From positions 340,936-404,935 of the forward strand of contig CAYGJY010000002.1 of the NCBI GenBank assembly GCA_964350645.1: a stretch of 64,000 nucleotides of DNA, written 5' to 3'. Made by a program: the position numbers and the translations under genes. How positions within the stretch are numbered: position 1 is the stretch's first letter; the number at the start of each line of letters is the position of its first letter. The notes beneath the pieces were generated by a model, which saw only the letters and a list, made by a program, of their open reading frames with translations, searched no databases and was not told where the DNA came from. Positions 1 through 9,642 of the stretch are shown here, piece after piece. The DNA comes from an uncultured Candidatus Saccharibacteria bacterium. GTDB lineage: Bacteria > Patescibacteriota > Minisyncoccia > Phycocordibacterales > UBA918.

Positions 1-1794
1 GTCGGTGACAAATCAGCACAACCAATTTTAATTGAGGGCTTACGCACGCTTGAGTATCGGGGGTACGACTCAGCTGGAGTATATATTCCTGGATACGGAT
101 GTGTGAAGGCGGCTGGCCCGATTGCTAACCTGGCAGATAAAGTCAGTGATGATGTCTTGGGAGTTTCTGGTATCGCTCATACTCGCTGGGCTACACATGG
201 TCCACCAACCGAGCAGAATGCCCATCCCCATAAAGATATGAGTGAAAGTGTTTGGCTGGTGCACAACGGTATTATTGAAAACTTCAATGAGTTGAAAGAA
301 GGACTCTTGGTGCAAGGAATGACGTTTACCTCAGACACTGATACTGAAGTCTTGGCGAAACTAATTGGTTCTCTCTACACCGGTAATTTACGAGAAGCGG
401 TACAGCGGGCCCTGCATATGGTGCGTGGTACCTACGGTATCGCGGTCATGACTGAACATACTCCTGGTGAGTTGGTAGTGGCTCGCATGGGGAGTCCAAT
501 TGTACTTGGGGTTGGCAGCGGTGAGAATTTTGTATCATCTGACCCGTCAGCACTGTTAGCACACACGAAAGATGTTGTGTATTTAAATGATGGTGAGATT
601 GCTGTAGTGACAAAAGACGCGTATGAAGTATTGACTATTCGCGGTGAAAAACTTGATCGTGAGCCAGAGACAGTTGAGTGGGAACAAGAAGAAATTCAAA
701 AAGGTGGCTATGATCACTATTTGCTAAAGGAAATTATGGAAATCCCGGCAACGATTGAAAACTCAATGCGGGGGAGACTGTTGGTTGAGAGCGGCCGAGC
801 CAAGTTGGGCGGCCTTGAAGGTCATATCGACAAACTCACTAGTCTCAATCGGCTTATGTTGGTAGCGTGTGGCTCGGCCGCGTACGCCACTGAGGTAGGG
901 AAATATATTATTGAGGAATATGCACACCTTCCAGTTGATACTGAATTGGGTAGTGAGTATCGCTATCGAAAAATTCTGCCAGACAAAAATAGTGCTGTGA
1001 TGGCAGTAACGCAGTCGGGCGAGACAGCAGATACACTCGCGTCAGTGCGCAAAGGTAAGGAACTTGGTTTGCTTACTTTAGGTATTGTAAACGTTGTTGG
1101 TTCAACTATCGCCCGGGAGACTGATGCCGGCGTCTACAACCATGCCGGTCCAGAGATTAGTATTGCGTCGAGTAAGGCGGTGATTTCGCAGCTTGTGGTG
1201 TTAATTTTGATTACACTCTTGATCGGCCGCGAAAAGGGTATGACTGAAGCAGAAGGTAAAGAGATCGCCAAAGCATTGAAAGAGCTGCCAGATTTGGCTC
1301 AAAAAGTACTAGACCAGCATGAACAGATTAGGGCAATTGCTGAAAAGTACGCTCATTACAAGGATGCGATGTACATTGGTCGCAAGTTCCATGCGCCGAT
1401 TGCGTACGAAGGTTCGTTGAAGCTGAAGGAGGTGACGTACATTCATTCTGAAGCGTACGCTGGTGGCGAGCTGAAACATGGTTCAATTGCGCTCCTAGAT
1501 GAAAATTTCCCAGTGATTGCAATCGTACCAGAAGATGATGTCTATGAAAAAATGATTTCAAATATTGAAGAAGTAAAGGCACGCAGCGCTCCGATTATTG
1601 CGATTACAACTGAAGGAGAGCAGCAGTGTGCCAAGTTAGCTGATGATGTGATTTATATCCCAAAGACCCATCCGATCTGTCAGCCAATTCTTTCAGTGAT
1701 TCCGACATACCTTTTGGCGTATTATGTGGGAGTTGCCAAAGGGATTAACGTTGACCGGCCACGAAACCTCGCGAAGAGTGTGACGGTTGAGTAG
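1..1794 (+). CDS. glmS: glutamine--fructose-6-phosphate aminotransferase (isomerising), 5'-truncated at window edge
   Basis: Reading frame is open from nt 1 (…LEGLRTLEYRGYDSAGVY… precedes the track's GTG at 103). Two SIS domains are present (…VACGSAAYA…, SGETADTL, …YAGGELKHG…), typical of GlmS. Stop at 1794. Confidence 0.9.
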   Translation, partial: VGDKSAQPILIEGLRTLEYRGYDSAGVYIPGYGCVKAAGPIANLADKVSDDVLGVSGIAHTRWATHGPPTEQNAHPHKDMSESVWLVHNGIIENFNELKEGLLVQGMTFTSDTDTEVLAKLIGSLYTGNLREAVQRALHMVRGTYGIAVMTEHTPGELVVARMGSPIVLGVGSGENFVSSDPSALLAHTKDVVYLNDGEIAVVTKDAYEVLTIRGEKLDREPETVEWEQEEIQKGGYDHYLLKEIMEIPATIENSMRGRLLVESGRAKLGGLEGHIDKLTSLNRLMLVACGSAAYATEVGKYIIEEYAHLPVDTELGSEYRYRKILPDKNSAVMAVTQSGETADTLASVRKGKELGLLTLGIVNVVGSTIARETDAGVYNHAGPEISIASSKAVISQLVVLILITLLIGREKGMTEAEGKEIAKALKELPDLAQKVLDQHEQIRAIAEKYAHYKDAMYIGRKFHAPIAYEGSLKLKEVTYIHSEAYAGGELKHGSIALLDENFPVIAIVPEDDVYEKMISNIEEVKARSAPIIAITTEGEQQCAKLADDVIYIPKTHPICQPILSVIPTYLLAYYVGVAKGINVDRPRNLAKSVTVE

Positions 1795-1803
1795 AAGAGA
1801 AAG

Positions 1804-1846
1804 AAACAAACGCCCGGCAGCTTCGCTGCCGGGCGTTTGTTTCTTT
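1804..1846. terminator. bidirectional rho-independent terminator (17-bp stem, CTTC loop, T/A tracts both sides) between glmS and gloA-like
   Basis: aaacaaacgcccggcag-cttc-gctgccgggcgtttgttt followed by tctttct. Confidence 0.6.
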
Positions 1847-1849
1847 CTG

Positions 1850-2308
1850 CTACCACTGCCCAATATTTTCCATACTCTGCCACGGTTCAGTTGGTTCTAG
1901 GGCATTCCCAGTCTGTAATAGCTCGATCGAGATATTGTCGGGTGATTTGATAAAGGCCATGCGGCCGTCACGCGGTGGGCGATTAATAGTGACGCCAGTG
2001 TCCCTCAGGGCTTGGCAGGTAGCGTAGATGTTCTCAACTTGATAGGCGAGGTGACCAAAGTTGCGTCTGGTGGTGTATTGCTCTGGCGCACTGCCGTCTT
2101 CAGCTGGCCAGTTGTAGGTAAGCTCCAAGGTAGGGGCGCCGGCTTCGCCGGCGCCCGGCATATCACCCGGCGCCGCCAAGAAGATCAGCGTAAAGCGACC
2201 AGTTTCATTTTCAATCCGCCGCGTCTCAACCATCCCCAACTTGGTACAATAAAATTCTAATGATTCATCAATGTCCGTCACCCGGACCATGGTGTGTAAG
2301 TATTGCAT
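1850..2308 (-). CDS. gloA: glyoxalase I / VOC-family lactoylglutathione lyase-like
   Basis: N-terminus [26 protein letters not shown] closely mirrors the GloA N-terminus (MRLLHTMLRVGDL…FYT.VLGM). C-terminal [11 protein letters not shown] is the second VOC motif. Confidence 0.7.
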   Translation of the reverse strand: MQYLHTMVRVTDIDESLEFYCTKLGMVETRRIENETGRFTLIFLAAPGDMPGAGEAGAPTLELTYNWPAEDGSAPEQYTTRRNFGHLAYQVENIYATCQALRDTGVTINRPPRDGRMAFIKSPDNISIELLQTGNALEPTEPWQSMENIGQW

Positions 2309-2312
2309 AATA

Positions 2313-3023
2313 TTAGTAACCAGCGATAGTTAAAAAGTTGTTAAAGAGTTTTTTACCAACTTCAGTGTATGAGTCTTTTGTAGCAGCAAAGTCAGCACGA
2401 AGTGATTCAGCATCCAGAGCTTGTAAGTCAGGATCATTGGCCAGCCAGGTTTCAAACATGTCTTCAGTTAGTTCAAAGTGACACTGAATACCAAAAGCAT
2501 TCTCGCCAACACGAACGATTTGATTGGTACAGTGTTTACCTGATGCGAGTAGAGTCATATCGGGGGTTAGTTCAACGGTCTCACCATGTAGATGAAAGAC
2601 TTGGAATGTATCACCTAAGTCAGCAAACAAAGGGTTAGCTTTTCCAGCTTCAGTTAGTTCTACTGAAAAACGCTCACCCTCATGATCCCGAAATCCGATT
2701 TCTTGTACGTGGTTTGGTACCACTGCACCACCATGAGCTTTTACTAGCGTCTGCAAACCAAGGCAAATGCCAAGATATGGAATACCAGCGGCAACTACCG
2801 ACTTGATCCAGGCTAATTCTCTCACCATAGTATCGTCAGTATCGTTAGCGCTATTAGGTCCACCGAGGACAACAACTGCTCCGTATGAACTGTGGTCAGG
2901 CAGCATTTCACCAGCCAGCAGGTCAAGAACTGTGTAGGGAATTGATCGCTCATCGAGTAGCTCAGCTAAAATACCCGGTCCTTCACGGGTGATGTTTTTT
3001 ACAATAAGAATTTCTTTGGTCAT
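2313..3023 (-). CDS. class I glutamine amidotransferase-like protein (GATase1)
   Basis: Nucleophile elbow GICLGLQ with downstream His/Glu (…HFELTED…). About 236 aa stand-alone GATase. Confidence 0.65.
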   Translation of the reverse strand: MTKEILIVKNITREGPGILAELLDERSIPYTVLDLLAGEMLPDHSSYGAVVVLGGPNSANDTDDTMVRELAWIKSVVAAGIPYLGICLGLQTLVKAHGGAVVPNHVQEIGFRDHEGERFSVELTEAGKANPLFADLGDTFQVFHLHGETVELTPDMTLLASGKHCTNQIVRVGENAFGIQCHFELTEDMFETWLANDPDLQALDAESLRADFAATKDSYTEVGKKLFNNFLTIAGY

Positions 3024-3103
3024 AGTTAAAATGTGAATTCTTTAGAACCATCCTGACCATAGAGGCCATCGTTCCAAAACTTAATAAAGGTTGGTTTGAT
3101 GAC

Positions 3104-3475
3104 TCATACACCTGAGCCTTTTTCGTTTTCGTGTACCCAGTCTATAGTAATGCGCTCTGCGAATTCAGGGTAGTTTTGGTTGTGTAGAGCTACTCCCATA
3201 GCAATGTCTGCCTCACTGGGATTGAATGTTGCTTCACCAACACCCTGAATGCCTTTTCGATCAAGGTGGTCGCCATCAGCGTGCCAGGCAGTGGCGAAGG
3301 CGAGGCGAGAATCTTCGAGCAACTTTTCGCCGTACAGTGTTTTAGGACTACCAATAAAATAAATCTTGTCTGCCGTCTCACAACCCATAAAGACATTGGC
3401 GATCCATGGATCACCTGCGTGTGGTGCAATTTGTAAGATTTTTTGTGATTGTAGAAATTGCTGTAATTCTTCCAT
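3104..3475 (-). CDS. pyridoxamine 5'-phosphate oxidase-like / general-stress-26-like FMN-binding fold protein (tentative)
   Basis: 123-aa ORF. Pattern …IAPHAGDPWIANVFMGCE..DKIYFIGSPKTLYGEKL… resembles the PNPOx split-barrel family. Called by eye only. Confidence 0.4.
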   Translation of the reverse strand: MEELQQFLQSQKILQIAPHAGDPWIANVFMGCETADKIYFIGSPKTLYGEKLLEDSRLAFATAWHADGDHLDRKGIQGVGEATFNPSEADIAMGVALHNQNYPEFAERITIDWVHENEKGSGV

Positions 3476-3558
3476 AGAAATACTATAACAAATTCGATTA
3501 ACAAGACTAGTAATTTCTCAGTTTTTTGGTATGATTTTGCCCACTTGACCAAGTATAT

Positions 3559-3630
3559 GGTCCCATCGTCTAGTGGTTAGGACGCCAGGTTTTCATCCTG
3601 GAAATCGGGGTTCGACTCCCCGTGGGATCA
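3559..3630 (+). tRNA. tRNA-Glu (anticodon TTC)
   Basis: Cloverleaf: acceptor GGTCCCA/TGGGATC, D-arm GTCTAGTGGTTAGGAC, anticodon stem CCAGG/CCTGG with loop TTTTCAT, T-arm GGGGTTCGACTCCCC. No encoded CCA. Confidence 0.85.
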
Positions 3631-3715
3631 CAAAATAAGGAGCTATATTTATCAACGTATTTCAAGACACCTTACAGGGAGTTCAGAACTTTAATGTATC
3701 TGGTATGATGTACTT

Positions 3716-4339
3716 ATGAAAATGTATCTCTCATCCTATAACCTAGGGGATTACACAGATAAACTGAAAGAAATGATACCTGCCAACAACAAAGTTGGCT
3801 ATATAGGCAATGCTTTGGACTCGAGTGTTGTTGACCCAGTTCGTAAGGCAGACAGATTAAATAGGAATATGCAAGAGCTGAATGAACTTGGTTTTGATTG
3901 CTTTGACCTTGATTTGAAAAAGTATTTTGGTAAGGAAGATGCCTTGCGTGAACTTGTAGATACACTTGGGACCATCTGGGTCAGTGGCGGCAACGTGTTT
4001 GTGTTACGACAAGCATTCAAGTTGAGTGGCTTTGACAATATCCTACTTGAGCTGAATAAGCAGGACGACTTTCTTTACGGTGGGTACAGTGCGGGCATCT
4101 GTATTTTAGGTCCAACATTAGATGGCTACCACATTGTTGACGATGCAACCGAAACGCCATATGAGGGGTGGGATGAAGTACTTTGGGATGGACTAGGTAT
4201 CATTGACTACACATTTCTGCCACATTTTGAGTCAGACCACCCAGAGTCAGAAGCTATTGGCAAATCATTAGAGTACTGCAAAGAAAAAGCACTATCATAC
4301 AAAACGATACGTGACGGAGAAGTCATCATCGTTGAATAA
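3716..4339 (+). CDS. peptidase S51 (dipeptidase E / cyanophycinase-like) family protein
   Basis: GGYSAGICIL nucleophile-serine elbow plus upstream SGGN. About 207 aa, typical PepE size. Confidence 0.6.
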   Translation: MKMYLSSYNLGDYTDKLKEMIPANNKVGYIGNALDSSVVDPVRKADRLNRNMQELNELGFDCFDLDLKKYFGKEDALRELVDTLGTIWVSGGNVFVLRQAFKLSGFDNILLELNKQDDFLYGGYSAGICILGPTLDGYHIVDDATETPYEGWDEVLWDGLGIIDYTFLPHFESDHPESEAIGKSLEYCKEKALSYKTIRDGEVIIVE

Positions 4340-4481
4340 ACTCCTGTAACAAAAAGATATTTGATTTGATAGCTTCTCTATCCTCATAAAGTTCTGAAAG
4401 CCACGCTAATGGGTCACAAACAGAGTTACCTCAGGATTTAAGGTGCTACTATTACGTAGCTACCAGTAATATCAGCACCCC

Positions 4482-4598
4482 ATGATCAAGTCCGACAAAC
4501 CAAAGAAATCAACCTCAATTCGACAGTTCATTCAAAAGAAACGAGCCAAACAAGCTCGTCAGGCAAAGCGGAATTCTTCGGGCCGCGGGAGAGGGTAG
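4482..4598 (+). CDS. candidate small, extremely basic ORF (38 aa; MIKSDKPKKSTSIRQFIQKKRAKQARQAKRNSSGRGRG)
   Basis: Below the ORF-track size cutoff. ATG to TAG in an otherwise empty 310-bp intergenic gap. Lys/Arg-rich like ribosome-associated small proteins. No clear SD sequence. Confidence 0.2.
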   Translation: MIKSDKPKKSTSIRQFIQKKRAKQARQAKRNSSGRGRG

Positions 4599-4652
4599 AC
4601 ATCCCCCCTTAATTTTTAGCTATAGTCAAAATTCTATCGCATGCATCTCTGA

Positions 4653-5621
4653 ATGTTATACTGGCTGTATATGCAAAAAAGACACATTACGTTGATCACG
4701 CTAGCTTTACTGGTAGGAGTATGTAGTGGTTTTGTACTGGCCGAGGTTAGTCAGCCTCATGGCAATCACCGCGAAGTACCTCACCAGCAGAGTCGAGATT
4801 ATGTTTCTGAAGTGGTTACCTTTACCTGTCCGAATGAAGCAGTAATAACTATCCAGTACGACGAATCAGCAGACTATGCCCGCTTAGCGCTGAGCGGAAT
4901 GTCGTATGAACTTAAACGTGAGCGAGCTGCCTCAGGAGCCCGCTATGTTGGTAAAACAGACAAGGTGTCATTTTGGGAACATCAAGGCGAAGCGATGGTT
5001 ACTTTGCCCGAGATGGAAGGAGCGATGACGTGCCAGCTACAGACCGATCAATTTGAAACTGATACTGAGATGATTACTGTTACATCACCACAAAGCGGAG
5101 CAGCTGTCGGGAATCCGATCACTCTTGCGGGTGAAGCCAGAGGGTATTGGTTTTTTGAAGGCTCAGCTCCTGTTATGGTGGTGAATTGGGATGGGTTAAT
5201 TATTGGCGAAGGGTACGTAACTGCACAGGGTGACTGGATGACTGAAGAGCTTGTACCGTTTACGGGCAGTATTGAGTATGACTTGCCAGCGGATAGCTAC
5301 AGCGCTGCCGGAACAGTTATTTTTAAGCGCGATAATCCCTCTGGCTTACCAGAACATGATGCTGCTGTAGAAATCCCAGTGGTGTTAAGTCCGGCTAGTG
5401 TAGTTGTAGGTGAGGATCCGCAGAGCGAGTCTATTGTGTGTACCGACGAAGCCAAGGCAGCTGAGATGTGTACGATGGAGTATGCGCCGGTCTGCGGCCT
5501 GGTGCAAGTGCAGTGTATTACTGCTCCGTGTGATCCCATTCCGGAAACCTTCAGTAATGGCTGCTCGGCGTGTAGTCAGGGTAATGTGATTTCATATACT
5601 GAGGGAGCGTGTGAGGTGTAG
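4653..5621 (+). CDS. secreted multidomain protein: MliC-like lysozyme-inhibitor domain + Gmad2-like Ig domain + C-terminal Kazal-like domain
   Basis: N-terminal signal peptide (…ITLITLALLVGVCSGFVLA). MliC pattern FTCPN…YARLALSGMSYEL…SGARYVGKTDKVSFWEHQGEAMVTL…MTCQ. Middle domain …GNPITLAGEARGYWFFEGSAPV…GTVIFKRDNPSG is Gmad2-like. C-terminus YAPVCG…TFSNGCSAC…C is Kazal-like. Confidence 0.6.
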   Translation: MLYWLYMQKRHITLITLALLVGVCSGFVLAEVSQPHGNHREVPHQQSRDYVSEVVTFTCPNEAVITIQYDESADYARLALSGMSYELKRERAASGARYVGKTDKVSFWEHQGEAMVTLPEMEGAMTCQLQTDQFETDTEMITVTSPQSGAAVGNPITLAGEARGYWFFEGSAPVMVVNWDGLIIGEGYVTAQGDWMTEELVPFTGSIEYDLPADSYSAAGTVIFKRDNPSGLPEHDAAVEIPVVLSPASVVVGEDPQSESIVCTDEAKAAEMCTMEYAPVCGLVQVQCITAPCDPIPETFSNGCSACSQGNVISYTEGACEV

Positions 5622-5760
5622 TGTCTATTGGTTGAGTGTTTTGATTCAGCTGCCAGGGCAACTTTTTTATTGGATTGAGAGACGAACAGAGTAATGAGAC
5701 TCAATCTACAACTACTGAATAACAACTATCCAAAAGTTTCAAACAAGAAAATCACGTTAC

Positions 5761-5788
5761 AAAATGGCCCAAACGGGCCATTTTGTGT
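5761..5788. terminator. rho-independent terminator hairpin (aaaatggccc-aaac-gggccatttt) downstream of MliC-like gene
   Basis: 10-bp perfect stem flanked by A and T tracts. Lies between 4653-5621 and the VIT-family gene. Confidence 0.5.
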
Positions 5789-5804
5789 ATGATAGACGTA
5801 TACT

Positions 5805-6566
5805 ATGCATACCGTAACTGATCGTGATCAGGTCCTCGAGGATCATATAAAAGAAGAACATACTCAGTCACCCTTCGCTGACTATTTTAAAGAGGTAATT
5901 TATGGCGGCATTGATGGAATCGTGACTACCTTTGCGGTAGTAGCCGGTTTTTCTGGAGCCGCGCTCAGCAGTGACGCCACAACGCAGTTGTCATTTTTGG
6001 TGGTACTTCTTTTTGGGTTAGCCAACCTCTTTGCTGATGCAGCGTCAATGGGATTGGGAAATTTTCTCTCGGTTCGCTCGGAACAAGATTTATACAAAGC
6101 AGCGCGCGCCAAAGAGACCGAAGAGGTCCGTGGTAACGCACAGATGGAATATGAAGAGACCGTTACGATTATGATGCAAAAAGGCTTTTCAGCTGAACAG
6201 TCACGGACGCTGGCAGATATTTACCGAACCAACGAAGAGTACTGGGTGGACTTTATGATGACTCACGAATTAGAAATGTCTGATCCACGCGGCGAAAATC
6301 CCGTGAAGACTGGCTTGGCAACTTTCTTCTCTTTCTTAGTATTTGGGGCGATTCCTCTACTACCTTTTATGACTATGACGGAAGCGTCAACTAGTGTGGT
6401 GTTTCAACTTTCAACTCTCGGGACCTTCGGTGCGCTGGTGGCCCTCGGTCTTCTCAAATGGCGGGTGATTGGCAGTAAGTTTTTGCCGTCACTCTTTGAA
6501 GTAGTGATTGTCGGGTCAGTCGCAGCTGGAATTGCATTTTTTGTTGGGACATTGTTTAGTGTGTAG
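5805..6566 (+). CDS. VIT1/CCC1-family iron/manganese transporter-like membrane protein
   Basis: N-terminal motif YFKEVIYGGIDGIVTTFAVVAGFSGA. C-terminal hydrophobic helices. A soluble middle ferritin-like insert. Confidence 0.6.
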   Translation: MHTVTDRDQVLEDHIKEEHTQSPFADYFKEVIYGGIDGIVTTFAVVAGFSGAALSSDATTQLSFLVVLLFGLANLFADAASMGLGNFLSVRSEQDLYKAARAKETEEVRGNAQMEYEETVTIMMQKGFSAEQSRTLADIYRTNEEYWVDFMMTHELEMSDPRGENPVKTGLATFFSFLVFGAIPLLPFMTMTEASTSVVFQLSTLGTFGALVALGLLKWRVIGSKFLPSLFEVVIVGSVAAGIAFFVGTLFSV

Positions 6567-6568
6567 CT

Positions 6569-7006
6569 ATGAGTGAACATTATTTAACGAAAACAGCCGC
6601 CTTTGTCTTTCTTGAGAAAGATGGGAAGTTTTTTTATCTGCGGCGACTTAATACTGGCTGGAATGATGGCAGACTTACTGTTCCAGCTGGTCACGTTGAC
6701 CAAGGTGAAAGTGTGAAGCAGGCAGCTGTACGTGAGGCTAAAGAAGAAGCTGGGGTTCTGATTAGAGAAGAAGATCTTGAGTTTGTACAAGCACAGTTCT
6801 TGGTTGACCGTTACTCATATTTTTATTTTAAAACCTCTAGGTGGGAAGGTGAGCCGCACGTGGCAGAGCCAAACTTAGCTAGTGAAGGGTTGTGGGTGCC
6901 AGTACATGAAACGCGGGATGATCTAATTCCATATCTGCATGTTGTACTAGATGGTATGAAAAAAGGGATATTTTATGCTGATGTACAACCAGATTCAGGT
7001 GATTAG
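6569..7006 (+). CDS. NUDIX hydrolase
   Basis: Nudix box GHVDQGESVKQAAVREAKEEAGV matches GX5EX7REUXEEXGU. Confidence 0.75.
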   Translation: MSEHYLTKTAAFVFLEKDGKFFYLRRLNTGWNDGRLTVPAGHVDQGESVKQAAVREAKEEAGVLIREEDLEFVQAQFLVDRYSYFYFKTSRWEGEPHVAEPNLASEGLWVPVHETRDDLIPYLHVVLDGMKKGIFYADVQPDSGD

Positions 7007-7309
7007 TTTTTTTGGTTTAACCACAGGGTTTTGCACTGGCTTATACCTGACTTACGCACACGCTTATACACCGACTTATCCACTACTTATCCCCAGAATG
7101 GCTAGCTTTAAGGATGGATCCGTCTATAGCTAAAAGTATTGACTCTTTTTTTCAGAGTGGGAAACTATAGATAGCTTTGCATGGTGGTGAAATAAACTTT
7201 CAAAACTATGTCAGTTGGCTAACTGGCACAGGCATGCAGGGCTAGCTCTACGTTGTACAGCAAGGGGCGCTCCTCACGGGGCGTCTTTTGCTTTATACAG
7301 CGTATGACA

Positions 7310-7341
7310 GAAAAGGCGGCGGGCTTTGCCCGCCGCCTTTT
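7310..7341. terminator. bidirectional rho-independent terminator (ggcggcgggc-ttt-gcccgccgcc flanked by A4/T4) at trxB 3' end
   Basis: Perfect 10-bp GC stem with flanking aaaa / tttt. Immediately 3' of the minus-strand trxB stop (7352). Confidence 0.6.
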
Positions 7342-7351
7342 CTGTTGGCAG

Positions 7352-8275
7352 TTATTTAGTTTTCAGATGCACGTAGATGTCTTCGAGAGCCTTGACTGCA
7401 TCACCGGCCGAGATGTTGTTTTGATGGTAGAGGACGTCGGTGCAGTCGCCAGCAGCCCAGATACCCGGAGTAGTAGTTTTCTGCGTTCTTGGGTCAATTT
7501 TGACACGATTATAGTCATCGAGTTCTACCACTCCTTTGGCAAAACCTGTGTTTGGCAACATACCGATTTCAACAAAAATGCCAGTCACGGCTAAATGACG
7601 AATTTCGTCACTGTCGCTTAACGTATAGGACAATCCTGTAACGAATTGTTCTCCATGTACTTCTGCAGTGATAGCGTTGGTTATCCCAGTCATGTTTTCA
7701 TGAGATAGGACTTTCTCAACAGTAATTGGATCGGCACTATAAGTTGGGTGTTTATGGAGGAGAGTGACGCTCTTGGCGTAGGCGAGGAGTTGGGCAGCAG
7801 TTTCAAAGCCAGCGTTACCACCGCCAACAACCACTACATCTTGCCCAGCGAAGAGTGGCCCATCGCACGAAGCACAGTATGTCAGACCCTTATGTTCATA
7901 GTCAGCTGCCCCCGGTATGGTGAGATGGCGCCGAGTTGAGCCGCTGGCGATCAGGACTGCCTTGGCGATCTCGACTGTGCCATCTTCTAATGTGACCGAA
8001 AAACCACCTTCGGTGTTGATAAGGGATGTGACTAGTGAGCCGGTTTTGATCGTTACGATATCGTCAGCGTAGGCTTTAAGGTGGGCTTCCAAATCTTTAG
8101 CGAGTTGGTCACCGCTGATTGAGGGGCTACCGATCCAGTTTTGAATATCTGGTGAGACGATGCTTTGTCCGCCCCAGTCTTTAGTAATCAGTATGGTGGT
8201 GAGTTTTTTGCGAGCAGCATATACTCCGGCAGCAACTCCAGCTGGCCCACCACCAATAATCAATAAATCGTACAT
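7352..8275 (-). CDS. trxB: thioredoxin-disulfide reductase
   Basis: MYDLLIIGGGPAGVAAGVYAAR FAD motif, redox-active CASCDG, second dinucleotide fold VVVVGGGNAGFE. About 307 aa. Confidence 0.85.
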   Translation of the reverse strand: MYDLLIIGGGPAGVAAGVYAARKKLTTILITKDWGGQSIVSPDIQNWIGSPSISGDQLAKDLEAHLKAYADDIVTIKTGSLVTSLINTEGGFSVTLEDGTVEIAKAVLIASGSTRRHLTIPGAADYEHKGLTYCASCDGPLFAGQDVVVVGGGNAGFETAAQLLAYAKSVTLLHKHPTYSADPITVEKVLSHENMTGITNAITAEVHGEQFVTGLSYTLSDSDEIRHLAVTGIFVEIGMLPNTGFAKGVVELDDYNRVKIDPRTQKTTTPGIWAAGDCTDVLYHQNNISAGDAVKALEDIYVHLKTK

Positions 8276-8322
8276 GAAGAAATTAACTTAGAATCACAAT
8301 TTTACCCTATTATGAACAAACT

Positions 8323-8346
8323 AAAAACCCGCTCTGGCGGGTTTGT
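8323..8346. terminator. terminator hairpin (aaacccgc-tctg-gcgggttt) downstream of ftsZ
   Basis: 8-bp stem with A/T flanks between the ftsZ stop (8374) and the trxB start. Confidence 0.5.
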
Positions 8347-8373
8347 CAGTTGCTGCACTTAGTAGAAGTTAAT

Positions 8374-9642
8374 CTACTTGAGTTTTGAGCGTCTTAGGAA
8401 GGCTGGAACTGCGCCCCAGTCTTCGTCATTCTCTTCGTCAATCGGGTCGACTGGCTTTGGCTCTGGGCGAGTGTCAGTTTGTGGGGCAGATGAAGATTTT
8501 GTCTGCGAATTTACTGGTTCAGTATGTGCATTAGCTACTGGTTCTTCACGCTTGGGTGCAGATAGTGAATTAAAGATGCGGCCACGATTTTCTGATTTCA
8601 CCTCATCTTGGTCGTCATCTTTTGTTTCGGTCCGACTCATAGGAGCTCGAAAGACAGTTGATGATGAAGAGATTTGGTGATTTTCGGCTTCTGGGAAACC
8701 AGTTGCGATCACAGTTACTTTGAGTTCATTTTTCTTAATCTTTTCGTCCTTGATAGCACCGAAGATAACTTTAGCGTGTGGGTCAATTGATTCAGTGATG
8801 ACTCGGGCTGCATCCTGAATCTCAAGCATACCGAGGTCGTCACCACCAGCGATGGCAAAGAGAACTCCCTTAGCTCCAGTAATAGATACTTCAAGAAGTG
8901 GTGAATTGATGGCTGCTTGAGCGGCTTCTTCGGCGCGCTTGTCACCAGTGGCTTCACCAATACCCATGAGGGCTGAACCAGCGTTCTCCATCACACTACG
9001 GATATCAGCAAAGTCCACGTTGATGATTCCCGGCATGGTAATCAGGTCAGAAATTCCTTCAACCGCTTGTTTCAAAATGTTGTCACACATTTCAAAGGCT
9101 GCTTTGACAGTTGTTTGTTTATCGACGACAGCGAGCAGTCGGTCGTTTGGAATAATGATCAAAGCATCGACTTCTTTCTTGAGTTCTTCAATACCTTGAA
9201 GAGCGAGACGCATTCGTTCCTGGCCTTCAAAGAGGAAAGGTTTAGTTACAACTCCGACAGTCAGGGCACCACTTTCACGAGCAATTTTAGCAACCACTGG
9301 GGCAGCACCAGTTCCGGTTCCACCCCCCATACCACCGGTGATGAAGATCATGTCAGATCCTTTGAGTGAATTAGCAATTTCTTCGCGAGTTTCTTCAGCG
9401 GCACGACGACCCATGTCAGGGTTTCCACCCGCACCAAGACCTCGAGTGAGGTTTTTCCCAATGTGGATTTTCTTTTTGGCAAGTGAGTGGTGCAAGTCCT
9501 GTGCGTCACTGTTGACGGCAACAAATTCTACGCCCTTGATTTTTGAGCTAACCATGTGGTTAACGGCGTTGCAACCTGATCCACCAGCTCCGACAACACG
9601 AATCCGAGCGAATGATTCTACATCTGATTTAATTTGTTCCAT
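8374..9642 (-). CDS. ftsZ: cell division protein FtsZ
   Basis: Tubulin signature GGGTGTGAAPVVA and the NSDAQ/GAG… core. The track start at 9657 is a TTG; the ATG giving MEQIKSD… is at 9642. Long acidic/Pro-rich C-terminal linker. Confidence 0.9.
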   Translation of the reverse strand: MEQIKSDVESFARIRVVGAGGSGCNAVNHMVSSKIKGVEFVAVNSDAQDLHHSLAKKKIHIGKNLTRGLGAGGNPDMGRRAAEETREEIANSLKGSDMIFITGGMGGGTGTGAAPVVAKIARESGALTVGVVTKPFLFEGQERMRLALQGIEELKKEVDALIIIPNDRLLAVVDKQTTVKAAFEMCDNILKQAVEGISDLITMPGIINVDFADIRSVMENAGSALMGIGEATGDKRAEEAAQAAINSPLLEVSITGAKGVLFAIAGGDDLGMLEIQDAARVITESIDPHAKVIFGAIKDEKIKKNELKVTVIATGFPEAENHQISSSSTVFRAPMSRTETKDDDQDEVKSENRGRIFNSLSAPKREEPVANAHTEPVNSQTKSSSAPQTDTRPEPKPVDPIDEENDEDWGAVPAFLRRSKLK

